A stretch of 64,000 nucleotides of DNA from Bdellovibrionales bacterium. Lineage in GTDB: Bacteria; Bdellovibrionota; Bdellovibrionia; Bdellovibrionales; DASUEL01. The position numbers and the translations under genes were made by a program. Location of the stretch: positions 1 to 64,000 of the forward strand of contig JBFWOZ010000014.1 of NCBI GenBank assembly GCA_050250255.1, in the 5' to 3' direction. The notes under the pieces were generated by a model, which saw nothing but the letters and a program-made list of their open reading frames with translations, was not told where the DNA came from and did not search any database. Below, in pieces: positions 8,810 through 18,491 of the stretch. Each line of letters opens with the position of its first letter. The first letter of the stretch is position 1.

Positions 8810-10195
8810 TTAACTGAGAAGACCTCGAAGAATCGGCGCCACCGTACCGTTGCGGTCAATCGTTCGGTAAAGCTGAGTCGAAACTCCGTAACTGCTATAA
8901 ATCGTGTTCACGATCGAACTGAAGCTTAAGTAATCTTTGATATCGAATCTCATTGGCTTATCTTCACGATCTTGCATCGTCGAAAAGTCAAAAGGTCGAC
9001 CCATCGTACGAAGTTTGTCGCGGTCGATTTCTAAATGTGCACCGGAGAGAGCTTCCGTTGGAGTTTGGAAATCCGATGCCCCGATGACCATGCCTCCGCG
9101 AATACCTTTACCACCCACGAGCACAGAGTTCGCCAGCGGATTGTGATCCGTGCCGGTCTCATCCATGCCCTTATCTTTTTGTCGCATAGAACGACCAAAC
9201 TCAGAGGTCACCATGAATGTTGTGAGGTCATAAAGAGATCGTGTCTGATCATAAGGGGTCGCTTTAAGGAATTGAATCAACTCCACCACTTTATCCATGG
9301 CTTTAGCAAGCGCCACCGGCTGATTTTTACAATCCGTAGGTGCGTGAGCATCAAATACAAACTCAGGATTTCCGTACTCTAAAATCACAGACTTCGTAAT
9401 ATGCTTCTTAAAGAGTTGGGCCATGATCGGTAGGAAACTCTTATTACCCATTGGCGGTTCAACTTCACGAAGGCGATTCACCAGATCAGGTCCTGCCTGA
9501 AGTGCCTGAGCCATCCCTTTTGAGCCTTCAGAAAATTGGCCAGTGCCTTGGCTATTCGCCATCAACCGCATGTTCACAAACTTCAGCATGCGCGATTGTA
9601 AATCTAACGGCGGTTTCGCTTTTAAACCTTTAACCAGGGCGGAAGCGGAATCCACGCTCAGAGGTACCGTTGAATTAAAATTTGTAAGATTTAAGTTTGT
9701 GATCCCAAAAGTCGCGGCCGTTGAGCTCACTCCATCGAGCGGCTCTTTTACTCCCACTTTGTTCAAGTGAGGAATAAATGCTTCACCTCCAAAAGGATTC
9801 CCGGAGAAAGCAAACTTCATGTTTTCGGCGTGGCCGTCAAAAGCATGGGCCATCACCACGCCATTGAGGACGGAAAAATCGCTCGCGTGAGGTTTCAATT
9901 TATCCACAACGGTGGTAGCAAAAGTTTGTCCCGAGCGTGTGCCGGACCAGACTTGGGGATCTGTATTGAGATAGTTATGGATGTACTTTGCTTCTTTCAT
10001 GGCAAGTCGTCTTGCATCAAACAGATAAGAAACATCCACTCCGCCAGAATAATAAATCTGAACGAAAAAGTGGGGGTCTTCAATATCGGCGAGAGCCAAT
10101 GAAGGAAGCTGTGGAAGCATCCAAAGAGCACCACCCATGGCGCTAAGTTTTAAAAAGTCACGTCTCTGAAGTTCTGCATTCCATGTCTGTTTCAT
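8810..10195 (-). CDS. Tat-exported DUF1501-family protein
   Basis: QRRDFLK twin-arginine signal; 'SGGVD', FDAH, 'TSEFGR', GTDH and 'GGKGIRGGMVIGASD' motifs typical of DUF1501. Confidence 0.8.
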   Translation of the reverse strand: MKQTWNAELQRRDFLKLSAMGGALWMLPQLPSLALADIEDPHFFVQIYYSGGVDVSYLFDARRLAMKEAKYIHNYLNTDPQVWSGTRSGQTFATTVVDKLKPHASDFSVLNGVVMAHAFDGHAENMKFAFSGNPFGGEAFIPHLNKVGVKEPLDGVSSTAATFGITNLNLTNFNSTVPLSVDSASALVKGLKAKPPLDLQSRMLKFVNMRLMANSQGTGQFSEGSKGMAQALQAGPDLVNRLREVEPPMGNKSFLPIMAQLFKKHITKSVILEYGNPEFVFDAHAPTDCKNQPVALAKAMDKVVELIQFLKATPYDQTRSLYDLTTFMVTSEFGRSMRQKDKGMDETGTDHNPLANSVLVGGKGIRGGMVIGASDFQTPTEALSGAHLEIDRDKLRTMGRPFDFSTMQDREDKPMRFDIKDYLSFSSIVNTIYSSYGVSTQLYRTIDRNGTVAPILRGLLS

Positions 10196-10198
10196 AGA

Positions 10199-10786
10199 TC
10201 ACTTCCTTAAAAGAAAATGAGGATTTAAAAATAAAGTCGATAACGCTTCTTGAATGACGAGTGGTCCTGTTTCTCGTGCATATTCCGCACTCATCAAAAA
10301 ATCTTTCCAAGCCAGATATTCTGCTTCCGGCGCATCATATTGCATGAAGAGCATCCAAACTTTTAGGAGGTTCGCTTCGTTTCGAGAGCTTGCTTGGGGC
10401 CATGCACAGAGAGCCTTGAGAGATCCAAGCACATCTGGGTCCAGTTGACGAAAAATCGGATCTTCCACCGGTGTTTCGTTACAAGCCTGACTGAGCCAGA
10501 TTGCAAACGAGTTAAGAGAAAGATTCCAAATCACCATATTTGTCGGATTAGGATCTCCGTTTCGAAAGCCGCCTTCATTCCCGGTGCCTGTATGATAACC
10601 AAGAAGTTTTGTGAGATCTGCTGAACCTACAAAACGACTAAAAGTAAACTTGGAGCCAGGAACAAAAAGTCTTTCAAGCAGAGTCGAATTGATCGCTTGA
10701 TATCCTTGAAACTTCGAAGCAAAAAAAGCATTCGCCCCTAAAGTCAAACTCACCAAACAGGCAATAAGTACGAAATATCTTTTCAT
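10199..10786 (-). CDS. Secreted hypothetical protein in the DUF1501 operon
   Basis: Signal peptide MKRYFVLIACLVSLTLGANA; TAATG coupling to the upstream gene; ends 'LFLNPHFLLRK'. Confidence 0.75.
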   Translation of the reverse strand: MKRYFVLIACLVSLTLGANAFFASKFQGYQAINSTLLERLFVPGSKFTFSRFVGSADLTKLLGYHTGTGNEGGFRNGDPNPTNMVIWNLSLNSFAIWLSQACNETPVEDPIFRQLDPDVLGSLKALCAWPQASSRNEANLLKVWMLFMQYDAPEAEYLAWKDFLMSAEYARETGPLVIQEALSTLFLNPHFLLRK

Positions 10787-12714
10787 TATTGACCTCCCGC
10801 TAACATTTTTTCTGCCCAAAGGACCAACACTTCTCGGTCGGCATTGGTCATATATTTATTTAGTGGCATACGAAGATCCGCGTTCGTCTGCGTGAGACGA
10901 TCTAAAATCGACGTTAAACTTTCTTTTTGTGAATAATATTGTCCATTTTGTTTTTTATGCGGAAAGTTCATCTCGCCAGAGGGTAGCTTGATCCACTGTG
11001 AGAGATTTAAGCTAGAAGAGACTCCATGACATTGCGTGCAGTTTTTTTCAAAAATAAATGCCACTTTGCATGGAGGTTTACCTGCTGGATGATCTCCAGG
11101 CGCGTAGTCGTAACACTCATTGGAATTCGGATCGGCCATCTCAAATGTTTTACTTAAGAGAAGTCTCGTCCATAATCCTTTTAAAGCTTGGCTTGAGTTT
11201 GTTTGCGCTTCTGTCGCAAAAGCCTTCGTGAGGTACTCAAGATATCCGGCATCGAGGATTTGCTCCTCCCCTAGCAGATATTGAGTGGCACGTTTCACGA
11301 TACACGCTTTTGTCTCAGGGGCGTCTTTAATGGTCTTAAAGAGATCTTCGACGTTATCCCCATATACATTTTTTTCTGGGTATTGGGTTGAGCGAATATA
11401 ACCGACGTTCCATGTTCGGCCGCTTCCTGCAGGAGCTTTCCACTCTTCCAGATAAGGACCTTTAGGGATGACCACCATATCATCGAAGCGAATTTCATTC
11501 GTGTAAGCCCACGAGTATCCACCATAACCTAAATCTCTGAAATATCCCGCCATCGGATCGAGTTTATAGTGACAAGACTGGCAAGACGTCTCGCTGGAAT
11601 GGCGACCTTGACCATGAGTTTCTGGTTGCACGACATTGATGGGCGTTAAGTCGTCACAAAAGTAACGCTTAAGAATAAAGCTTGCGCGTTTACGATTAAA
11701 GTTCGTCGAAGAGTTCGGGATATTCACATAGAGATTACGACTTAATTGAACAGATTCATTTTGTACTTTGAAAATATTAAAGTCGAGTTCTTTAAGCTCT
11801 GTAACGAGACGAGGGTTGTAGACACTCGAATGAAGGCTATCGATCATCTTCAAATACTCTGGAGCCATCGCTTTGAGTTGACGAATTTTTTCAAGAGTAT
11901 TTAAGGCGAAAGGAATTTCAGGAAAGTTACAGGCGAGATAAAAAGAACCCCAAGAGTTTTCCGCATTTCTGAGCATATTGAAAACACCAATAGGCATTCC
12001 AAAATACCGTGGACCTAAAACCACCGACTTCGGATCTGGGTAGACAAGTTTACAAAGCTCTACGCGATTGGCTTCAATGCCTGTTTCAGCAATTGCCGCT
12101 AACTGATCAACAAGTCCGAGCCAACTATTACGAGCATATTCACGATACTCCTGATCTGTTTTTGTTTTGTCTGGCGAAATAAAAAGACGATCTTGCGTAT
12201 TTAAATATTGAGGGTGTCTGTAGTCGAGAAGCTTCAGGTAGTTTCCGTTCTTGGCCACTTCTCGAGCGGCAGTAATCGCAGCTGGTGCATCAAAAATCGT
12301 GTCACGGTAACGACCACCAACATCAGGATATCGATCGTCGTACAAACGGAGGCTTTCATTTTTATAACCAAAGAAAAAGAGATTGAAATCAAGAATCGAT
12401 TCTGAAAACCGAGGATCTTTCATGAAAAACTCAATGATCTCTTGTCTGGAAAACATCATCAGCTTTGCGAGATCATCTTTATGGCTTAAAGCAGCGCCGT
12501 TTCTTAAGAGCCTTGCAACTTTATTAATCCATTCTTTTTTCTTCCACTCTTCGCTGGGATTGGCCGCCAAGGATGCGGGCTCCATAGTTTCTTGTTTTAC
12601 TTCAACCGCAGGTGACGATTCTCTTGGGGAACTGGATTGAGAAGTACAAGAAACAAGACCTAATATAAGAAGTGAGCAAACTAAAATTCTCACTCTACTA
12701 TTCATGATACCCAT
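10786..12714 (-). CDS. Di-heme c-type cytochrome lipoprotein (DUF1588/DUF1585-like region plus C-terminal cytochrome c domain)
   Basis: Lipobox LGLVSC; 'RKRA..ILKRYFCDDL...CQSCHYKLDPMA'; second heme motif CTQCH followed by RMP. Confidence 0.7.
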   Translation of the reverse strand: MGIMNSRVRILVCSLLILGLVSCTSQSSSPRESSPAVEVKQETMEPASLAANPSEEWKKKEWINKVARLLRNGAALSHKDDLAKLMMFSRQEIIEFFMKDPRFSESILDFNLFFFGYKNESLRLYDDRYPDVGGRYRDTIFDAPAAITAAREVAKNGNYLKLLDYRHPQYLNTQDRLFISPDKTKTDQEYREYARNSWLGLVDQLAAIAETGIEANRVELCKLVYPDPKSVVLGPRYFGMPIGVFNMLRNAENSWGSFYLACNFPEIPFALNTLEKIRQLKAMAPEYLKMIDSLHSSVYNPRLVTELKELDFNIFKVQNESVQLSRNLYVNIPNSSTNFNRKRASFILKRYFCDDLTPINVVQPETHGQGRHSSETSCQSCHYKLDPMAGYFRDLGYGGYSWAYTNEIRFDDMVVIPKGPYLEEWKAPAGSGRTWNVGYIRSTQYPEKNVYGDNVEDLFKTIKDAPETKACIVKRATQYLLGEEQILDAGYLEYLTKAFATEAQTNSSQALKGLWTRLLLSKTFEMADPNSNECYDYAPGDHPAGKPPCKVAFIFEKNCTQCHGVSSSLNLSQWIKLPSGEMNFPHKKQNGQYYSQKESLTSILDRLTQTNADLRMPLNKYMTNADREVLVLWAEKMLAGGQ

Positions 12715-12857
12715 GACAAGTTCCCCCCCATTTTAACGAATCCACAATTCGTTGAATTTTGTTTAGCAATGACAGAAAATACATTCCCTAATTTTCTGTC
12801 AATACCATTTATTAAAGGGGTCAAAATGGCGCCAACAAAATGTTCCCTAAAAATTAA

Positions 12858-14099
12858 TTATGTACCAATATTCGTATGATTTTGTTTGTCTTTCCAAGAA
12901 AGAAGTAGAGAGAGAACAGCAAAAACACAAGCAATCCCCATCATCAAGATTCGCTCTCCCCAAAGATCTGCGAGCAGGCCAATGGGAACGCTCATAATCG
13001 GTCCTAAGGAGATAAAGGCCATGCCGATCATTGAGGCGACTCTTCCGCGAATTTCGTTGGTGATCGCGAGTTGAATCGTTACGTTGAGAGAACTAATACT
13101 GAGAAACATAAAATAGGAAAAACAAGTGAGCCCGATCACAGCAAGAGCGAGAGTCTCCACTTCAGCGATCATGATGAGAAAAAGAATCACTCCACTGATA
13201 CCAAAGGGTAATGCCTTTAACGGATAACGAGGACTCCAAAGGAGAAATGTGACACTACCCATGAGCGCTCCGAAACCTGGGGCCGCAAAAACAAATCCAA
13301 ACTCCTCGGCGCTAAGATGAAAACGGTTTTGCAAATAAACTCGAAAAATCGTGAACACGAGTGGGAACATGAGTCCGATCACAAGAAAAAGCTGCAACAC
13401 AACACGAAAAAGTGTTCCGTTGCGACGAATGAATTGCCATGCCTCTTTCATTCCCTGCTTTCCCGCTTGCGGGACATTTTTAAAAGCGAGGGATGGAATT
13501 CGTGCAATCACCAGAACAAGCGCTAAGAAACTCACAGCATTCAACCAAAAGACACTGGCTTCACCAAAAACACCAAGAAGCACTCCCGCAATCGCTGGCC
13601 CAATCACTCTTGACGTATGAAAGTTCACCGCATTAAGCGCCAGAGCTTGTTGAAAATCCTCCCGAGGCACCACTTGAGGCGTAATTTTGTTAAAGGCTGG
13701 TAAATCAAAAGCGATCACCGTTCCCTCAAGAATAGAAAAAATCACGAGGTGCCATAGCTGGACATGTCCCACACTTATGAGAAGTCCGAGCCCGAAAGCC
13801 AAAACCGCTAAAAGAAGTTGGGTGATCAAAAGGATACTACGAATTCGACTACGGTCTGCCAGAACACCAGCAAAAGGACCAATGATGAGATTAGGTACCG
13901 CGGAAGCAAAAATCAAAGCACCCATGGCCGAAGAAGTTCCCACCAGATTGAGAACGATCCAACTCTTTGCAAGCTCTTGCATCCAATTTCCTACTAAAGA
14001 AAGAGTTTGCGCTCCAAAAAAAAGTCGAAAGTATTTGTGCTTAAACGGAGAAAAGCGCGACTTGAGAAATCTCAAAGCGCGCTTTTCGTTGGGAATCAT
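12858..14099 (-). CDS. MFS transporter (MFS_3/DHA3-like)
   Basis: About 12 hydrophobic segments; G.LADR motif, FDLPA, 'SRVIGPAIAG' and 'RGRV' motifs. Confidence 0.9.
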   Translation of the reverse strand: MIPNEKRALRFLKSRFSPFKHKYFRLFFGAQTLSLVGNWMQELAKSWIVLNLVGTSSAMGALIFASAVPNLIIGPFAGVLADRSRIRSILLITQLLLAVLAFGLGLLISVGHVQLWHLVIFSILEGTVIAFDLPAFNKITPQVVPREDFQQALALNAVNFHTSRVIGPAIAGVLLGVFGEASVFWLNAVSFLALVLVIARIPSLAFKNVPQAGKQGMKEAWQFIRRNGTLFRVVLQLFLVIGLMFPLVFTIFRVYLQNRFHLSAEEFGFVFAAPGFGALMGSVTFLLWSPRYPLKALPFGISGVILFLIMIAEVETLALAVIGLTCFSYFMFLSISSLNVTIQLAITNEIRGRVASMIGMAFISLGPIMSVPIGLLADLWGERILMMGIACVFAVLSLLLSWKDKQNHTNIGT

Positions 14100-14143
14100 T
14101 TGTCCTTTTGCAGGCTCTAATGGTGCGATTCTTTTATCCTATT

Positions 14144-16210
14144 TTATTTAATTCCCAATTTTTTCAAGAACGCTTGATTGTTCGGCGCTCTTTCCAAAAA
14201 CTCCGTGATCAATTGAAGCGGTTCAACCATGTTCCCCTTTTCAAGAATTGTTGCTCGATAACGTCCACCAACAACTGGATCTAAAATCTTTCCATTCTCG
14301 AAACGCGTGAACATGTCTTGAGCGTAAACTTCTGACCAGAGATAGCCGTAATAACCGGCATCATATCCGCCCATCATATGACCAAACCCTGCAGCGAAAT
14401 GTCCTCCAGGAAGCGGTTTCACCCCAATGATTTGCTGATAAAGGCGATCGTGCACTTGAGTTGTATCCACTTTCCCGGCGGTTGTATGAATCGTCATATC
14501 AAAAAGTCCGAGGAAAAGCTGACGAGTATAGAAATAACCCTGATTAAAATCTTTCGCCGCCATCATTTGCTTTAAAAGTTCAGGTGGTAGTTTGTTATTC
14601 GTATTTTGGTAGTGGCCAGACAGTTTATTCAAAATAGACGTATCCCAAACCCAGTTTTCAAGCATTTGCGAAGGGGCTTCCACAAAATCTTGTCTCACGC
14701 TCGTACCTGCGAGACTCGCGTAAGGTGCCTTCGTCAAAGTTTGGTGCATGATATGGCCGAATTCGTGAAAAAGCGTTTCCACTTCATCGTGGTTCAAGAG
14801 CGAAGGTTTGCCGTTCGCTGGTGGATTAAAATTCGCGACGATCGAAGAGATCGGTACGGAATAACGATCACCCTTCTGACGACCCATGATGAGTGTAAAA
14901 GCGGCCGCATGACCATACTTTCCTTCACGAGGTGCTAAATCCATAAAAAAGTAAGAGATGAGTTGCCCATCTCTCTTATCCATTACTCGATAGAGAGAAA
15001 CGTTCGATGCCCAAACGTCTGCGTTATCGACTTTTTCGTAACGAACTCCCAAGAGTTCGGAATACACATCAAACACTCCGCTCATCACATAATCGAGAGG
15101 GAAATATTCACGGATTTTTTCATCATCGAGAGTGTAGTCACGTTTTTTCAGTTGATAAGTGAGATAAGGAATGTCCCAGATCTCCACGACCGTTGCGGAA
15201 CGATCGGACTCTTGTTTGAATCTTAAAAGTTGGGTGATGTCGGCCTTATTACGAACGGCAAGTTTTGTTTTCAACCCGTTGAGGAAAGTGAGCGCAGTTT
15301 TATCATCTTTCGCCATTCGACCATTGATGCGGTACTGCGCCCAATTACGATAACCCATAAGCTGAGCGATTTGCTGGCGAAGAACAACGGCTTTTTCCAA
15401 AAGCGCCGTGTTGGCAGCCGCTGCGCGATTTTGATAAGCCGTAATCATTTTCTTACGGGTTTCGACGTTTTTCGCACTCTGCATGATCTGGGTGTAATCC
15501 GTAGATTTTGTGGTGGCGATAAAAAGTCCATCGGAAGTTTTCTTAAGACGGGCGATCACGCTCTCAGGAACACCATCAAGTTCTGCCAATGTGTAAAGAA
15601 CGGTCGAAGTGTCATTATTGAGGTTTGCGGAGAATTCAGCCTCTAGTTTTGTGAGCTGAGTTTTAAGATCTTTCACTTTTGCTAACTGAGCGGCTGGTAA
15701 TTTCAAGCCATTCTTCTCGAAGCTATCTAACGTTTCACGAAGAAGCCGCGTCTCGCCAGCATTTCTTCCTACAAGAACCTTCAGCACATCGTAAAGATCT
15801 TTACGAGTCGATACGGTGACTGAAAATTCACCTTGTTTCTTTTCACAGGTCTCGCCCTCTTTACGAAGAGCTTCGTTTTGCGAAACGTAACCCATAAAAA
15901 CAAGCGGGGTAATGGCATCGGAGAAATCAGCAAGCGCGGTTTCTACTTCCAGCATCGTCGAATCGAAGTTTCGCTTTTCTGCGGGAAGAACAACCACGGC
16001 GTCTAGACGTTTTTTCGTGGTATCAATGGCTTCATCACAGAGCTTTGAAAGCTCGCCGCTCGCGTATTCATAGCGAATGAGTGGGGCCGTTAATGTGGTT
16101 GGCTCACCCTTATCATTGCGAAGCGACTGCATCGACTTCGGGCTTTGATAACGACTTTGTGCACAAGCCGACAAAAGTAAAAATGAGAAAACTAAAACAC
16201 GTGAAAACAT
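14144..16210 (-). CDS. M3-family metallopeptidase (thimet oligopeptidase/oligopeptidase A-like), lipoprotein
   Basis: TLFHEFGH, DFVEAPSQMLENW and FGH..GGYDAGYYGYLWSEV motifs; lipobox LLSAC; AGGGGG RBS. Confidence 0.92.
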   Translation of the reverse strand: MFSRVLVFSFLLLSACAQSRYQSPKSMQSLRNDKGEPTTLTAPLIRYEYASGELSKLCDEAIDTTKKRLDAVVVLPAEKRNFDSTMLEVETALADFSDAITPLVFMGYVSQNEALRKEGETCEKKQGEFSVTVSTRKDLYDVLKVLVGRNAGETRLLRETLDSFEKNGLKLPAAQLAKVKDLKTQLTKLEAEFSANLNNDTSTVLYTLAELDGVPESVIARLKKTSDGLFIATTKSTDYTQIMQSAKNVETRKKMITAYQNRAAAANTALLEKAVVLRQQIAQLMGYRNWAQYRINGRMAKDDKTALTFLNGLKTKLAVRNKADITQLLRFKQESDRSATVVEIWDIPYLTYQLKKRDYTLDDEKIREYFPLDYVMSGVFDVYSELLGVRYEKVDNADVWASNVSLYRVMDKRDGQLISYFFMDLAPREGKYGHAAAFTLIMGRQKGDRYSVPISSIVANFNPPANGKPSLLNHDEVETLFHEFGHIMHQTLTKAPYASLAGTSVRQDFVEAPSQMLENWVWDTSILNKLSGHYQNTNNKLPPELLKQMMAAKDFNQGYFYTRQLFLGLFDMTIHTTAGKVDTTQVHDRLYQQIIGVKPLPGGHFAAGFGHMMGGYDAGYYGYLWSEVYAQDMFTRFENGKILDPVVGGRYRATILEKGNMVEPLQLITEFLERAPNNQAFLKKLGIK

Positions 16211-16276
16211 ATAACCCCCTAAATTTTTGAACCCCAACAATTCGACTTAAAATGTCGACGAATGGAATTCGGTGAG

Positions 16277-16292
16277 AGCAAGAAGCAAGCCA
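16277..16292 (-). promoter_or_regulatory. Candidate sigma54 (-24/-12) promoter for the M3 peptidase
   Basis: TGGCTTGCTTCTTGCT has GG-N10-GC spacing, about 65 bp upstream of the start. Confidence 0.5.
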
Positions 16293-16532
16293 GGAAAATC
16301 TCCGTAGAAATCGATTTTCATGAGAGATTACTAGCCATTATGCTCCCACTTGATGGTTCTATTGTTCAGAGGAACGAGCAGAGTGTCACCAATAAACAGG
16401 GTGCTTCAATTTCTAAAAGCGCAGAACATATTGTAGAGTTTTTAGAGCTCCGCAACATGACTCTCACTTTTATTGAAAAAAATGCTATAAATCCCTATTA
16501 TTACTGATGTTAACGAAAGAAGAGCTCGATCT

Positions 16533-16946
16533 ATGAAGATCTGCACCCTACTCATTATTGCTATCGCCCTTATTCTTTCAACCGGAAACTCCTCGGTCAT
16601 GGCTAGCACGCTTCCTTCTTCCATCGAAAGTCCGCTACAGGCCCTTCAACTGCTTCACCGCTTGCAGGAAGGGACCGAAAGTTCCCAAGAGGTTCTTCAC
16701 CGCATCGGCCATACCGATTTCGAACGTTGGGCTAAAGAAGGCTACCGACTCCTCTCCGCACGTTTTCAAGAAAATGCAGCGGGTCCCAGCCGCTTTGACA
16801 GCATCGCCCTCTTTCGCCTAGTGAACGGCGATGGCCGTGAACGCACCCTCAGCTACTACGTGAAGACGAAGTTTCTTGTGAGTTCCATCGAAGATATTCG
16901 TACTGTGCCGGACGCTGAGAAATCCGAAGACCTCGCTGGTTTGTAG
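16533..16946 (+). CDS. Secreted hypothetical protein
   Basis: 137-aa ORF with an N-terminal signal peptide. Confidence 0.65.
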   Translation: MKICTLLIIAIALILSTGNSSVMASTLPSSIESPLQALQLLHRLQEGTESSQEVLHRIGHTDFERWAKEGYRLLSARFQENAAGPSRFDSIALFRLVNGDGRERTLSYYVKTKFLVSSIEDIRTVPDAEKSEDLAGL

Positions 16947-17166
16947 CTTTTTAATTTCAAGAACTGTCGAAACTACCTAAGCTCTCTTGTAATGTTCATA
17001 ATCATTAAAAACAGATACAGCCCGCCTTACCTTCTATAATTCGTACAGATACTCGGCATCACTTAGGCTTTCAGCCCAAAGCCTCAGCGAGGATCTACCT
17101 CCGTTCAATTTAATAATATAGCTGAAAGTATTGACTTTTCCTGGACCTAAAGCTACAAATTTACTC

Positions 17167-17694
17167 ATGAGCCGGCCCCAACTTAAACTTTTTAAGCAAG
17201 ATTCCACTTCTTTTGGTGGCAGTCTATTTACCGGCAATGCTCGGGAAAAGAGGCCTTTTTCTCGGAAATGCCTCACTCATGTGGTGATGCGATCTCGTCA
17301 TGCTGTTGGAAGCTGGTCGATGCTTCAGCCTAAAAATAAAAAGTATATTGATTCCAAAGTTCGATACTTTGCAAAGAAGTTTTATGTGAATCTCAAGCGT
17401 TTTGAGAATGTGGGAAATCATCTCCACATCGTAATTCAAGCTCCTACGAGAGAAGCACAGGCGAATTTTCTTCGAACTATTAGTGCGCTTATCAGTCGTC
17501 AGGTGATGGGGGCTCACAAAGGGAGTCCCACAAAGATTCAAAAGTTTTGGGACGCAAAACCCTTCACGAAACTTGTGAAATGGGCGGTTCAGTATCCTAG
17601 GCTCATGAAGTACATGGCTTATAATTCTCTTGAAGCGATTGGGTTTTCTAAACAAGGTGCTAAAGAATATCTCGCACTCTTCTCAAGTTCATGA
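17167..17694 (+). mobile_element. Y1 HUH transposase, REP-associated tyrosine transposase (RAYT/TnpA-REP)-like
   Basis: 'HVVMRS' N-terminal motif, HUH motif 'NHLHIVI', 'FW...PF' and C-terminal 'Y...N' catalytic tyrosine (KYMAYN). No tnpB and no adjacent IS200 terminal hairpins recognised. Confidence 0.75.
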
Positions 17695-17706
17695 GAATAG
17701 GGTGAA

Positions 17707-18177
17707 ATGATGTTCTCCACTGTTGCACTTTTTAAATTGCTACCACTAACACTTGTTCTTCACTGTCTTGAGGAGTGGTTGGGCGGCTTTCCAGAGTGGG
17801 CCACACGCCATTTTGGTGGTATTACGACAAGAAAATTTTATTTTCTGAGCCACGTTCCTATTTTTGCTGTTGTCTTCTATTTCTCAGGAACTTTTCATCA
17901 ACTTCAAAATCCTACTGAGATGCTTCTCGCTCTCATAGTTCTATTCATACTCTTTACCAATGGAATCTTTCATCTCATTACCACCATTTGGTTTCGTGAG
18001 TATTCCCCCGGCGTGATCACTTCTCTACTTTGCTACTTTCCATTTACAATTCTCGTTTGTTATCAGCTTCTTGCAGAAAATGTTCTTAATGCCTCTCAAC
18101 TTCTTTTAGCACTTCTTCTTGGATCGATTATTTCTCTTTTCGTGATCTACAGTCTGACTTGGAAGAAAATTCTATGA
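17707..18177 (+). CDS. HXXEE-domain membrane protein
   Basis: HCLEE motif, 'NG..H' and 'YSPG..T' motifs; several transmembrane segments. Confidence 0.8.
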   Translation: MMFSTVALFKLLPLTLVLHCLEEWLGGFPEWATRHFGGITTRKFYFLSHVPIFAVVFYFSGTFHQLQNPTEMLLALIVLFILFTNGIFHLITTIWFREYSPGVITSLLCYFPFTILVCYQLLAENVLNASQLLLALLLGSIISLFVIYSLTWKKIL

Positions 18178-18470
18178 GCTGGTTCAAAACCATGCCGGAA
18201 GGCCTTCAAATCAATATTTATGTCCAACCTGGTGCAAAAGTCTCACAGATCGATGGCGAACATGATGGTCGATTGAAAGTCCGTATTGCTGCTCCACCTG
18301 TGGACGGAGCCGCCAATGAGGAAGTGATTCGCTTCTTTGCAAAAATTCTTGGAATGAAACAAAAAGATGTGCAGGTTTTAAGAGGAGAAAAAAGTCGTAA
18401 AAAAGATCTTTTATGTGTGGCCAATGAGCAGCAAATTCTCGGCATTGTCGAAACATTACGAAAGATTTAA
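18174..18470 (+). CDS. yggU: DUF167/YggU (UPF0235) family protein
   Basis: VQPGAK, LKVRIAAPPVDGAAN and GEKSRKK motifs; ATGA overlap. Confidence 0.9.
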   Translation: MSWFKTMPEGLQINIYVQPGAKVSQIDGEHDGRLKVRIAAPPVDGAANEEVIRFFAKILGMKQKDVQVLRGEKSRKKDLLCVANEQQILGIVETLRKI

Positions 18471-18491
18471 TTCACTCGCGCTGAACCTTCA

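Noticed and set aside
16262..16507. 81-aa plus-strand ORF between the M3 peptidase and the secreted protein
   Set aside because: It occupies the divergent promoter region, with no RBS and no recognisable features.
16950..17110. Possible decayed gene fragment on the minus strand, or IS left-end hairpin (AGGCTTT...AAAGCCT), upstream of the Y1 transposase
   Set aside because: The translation is interrupted by stops and matches no family I recognise. The hairpin is short and has no counterpart at the other end of the gene.
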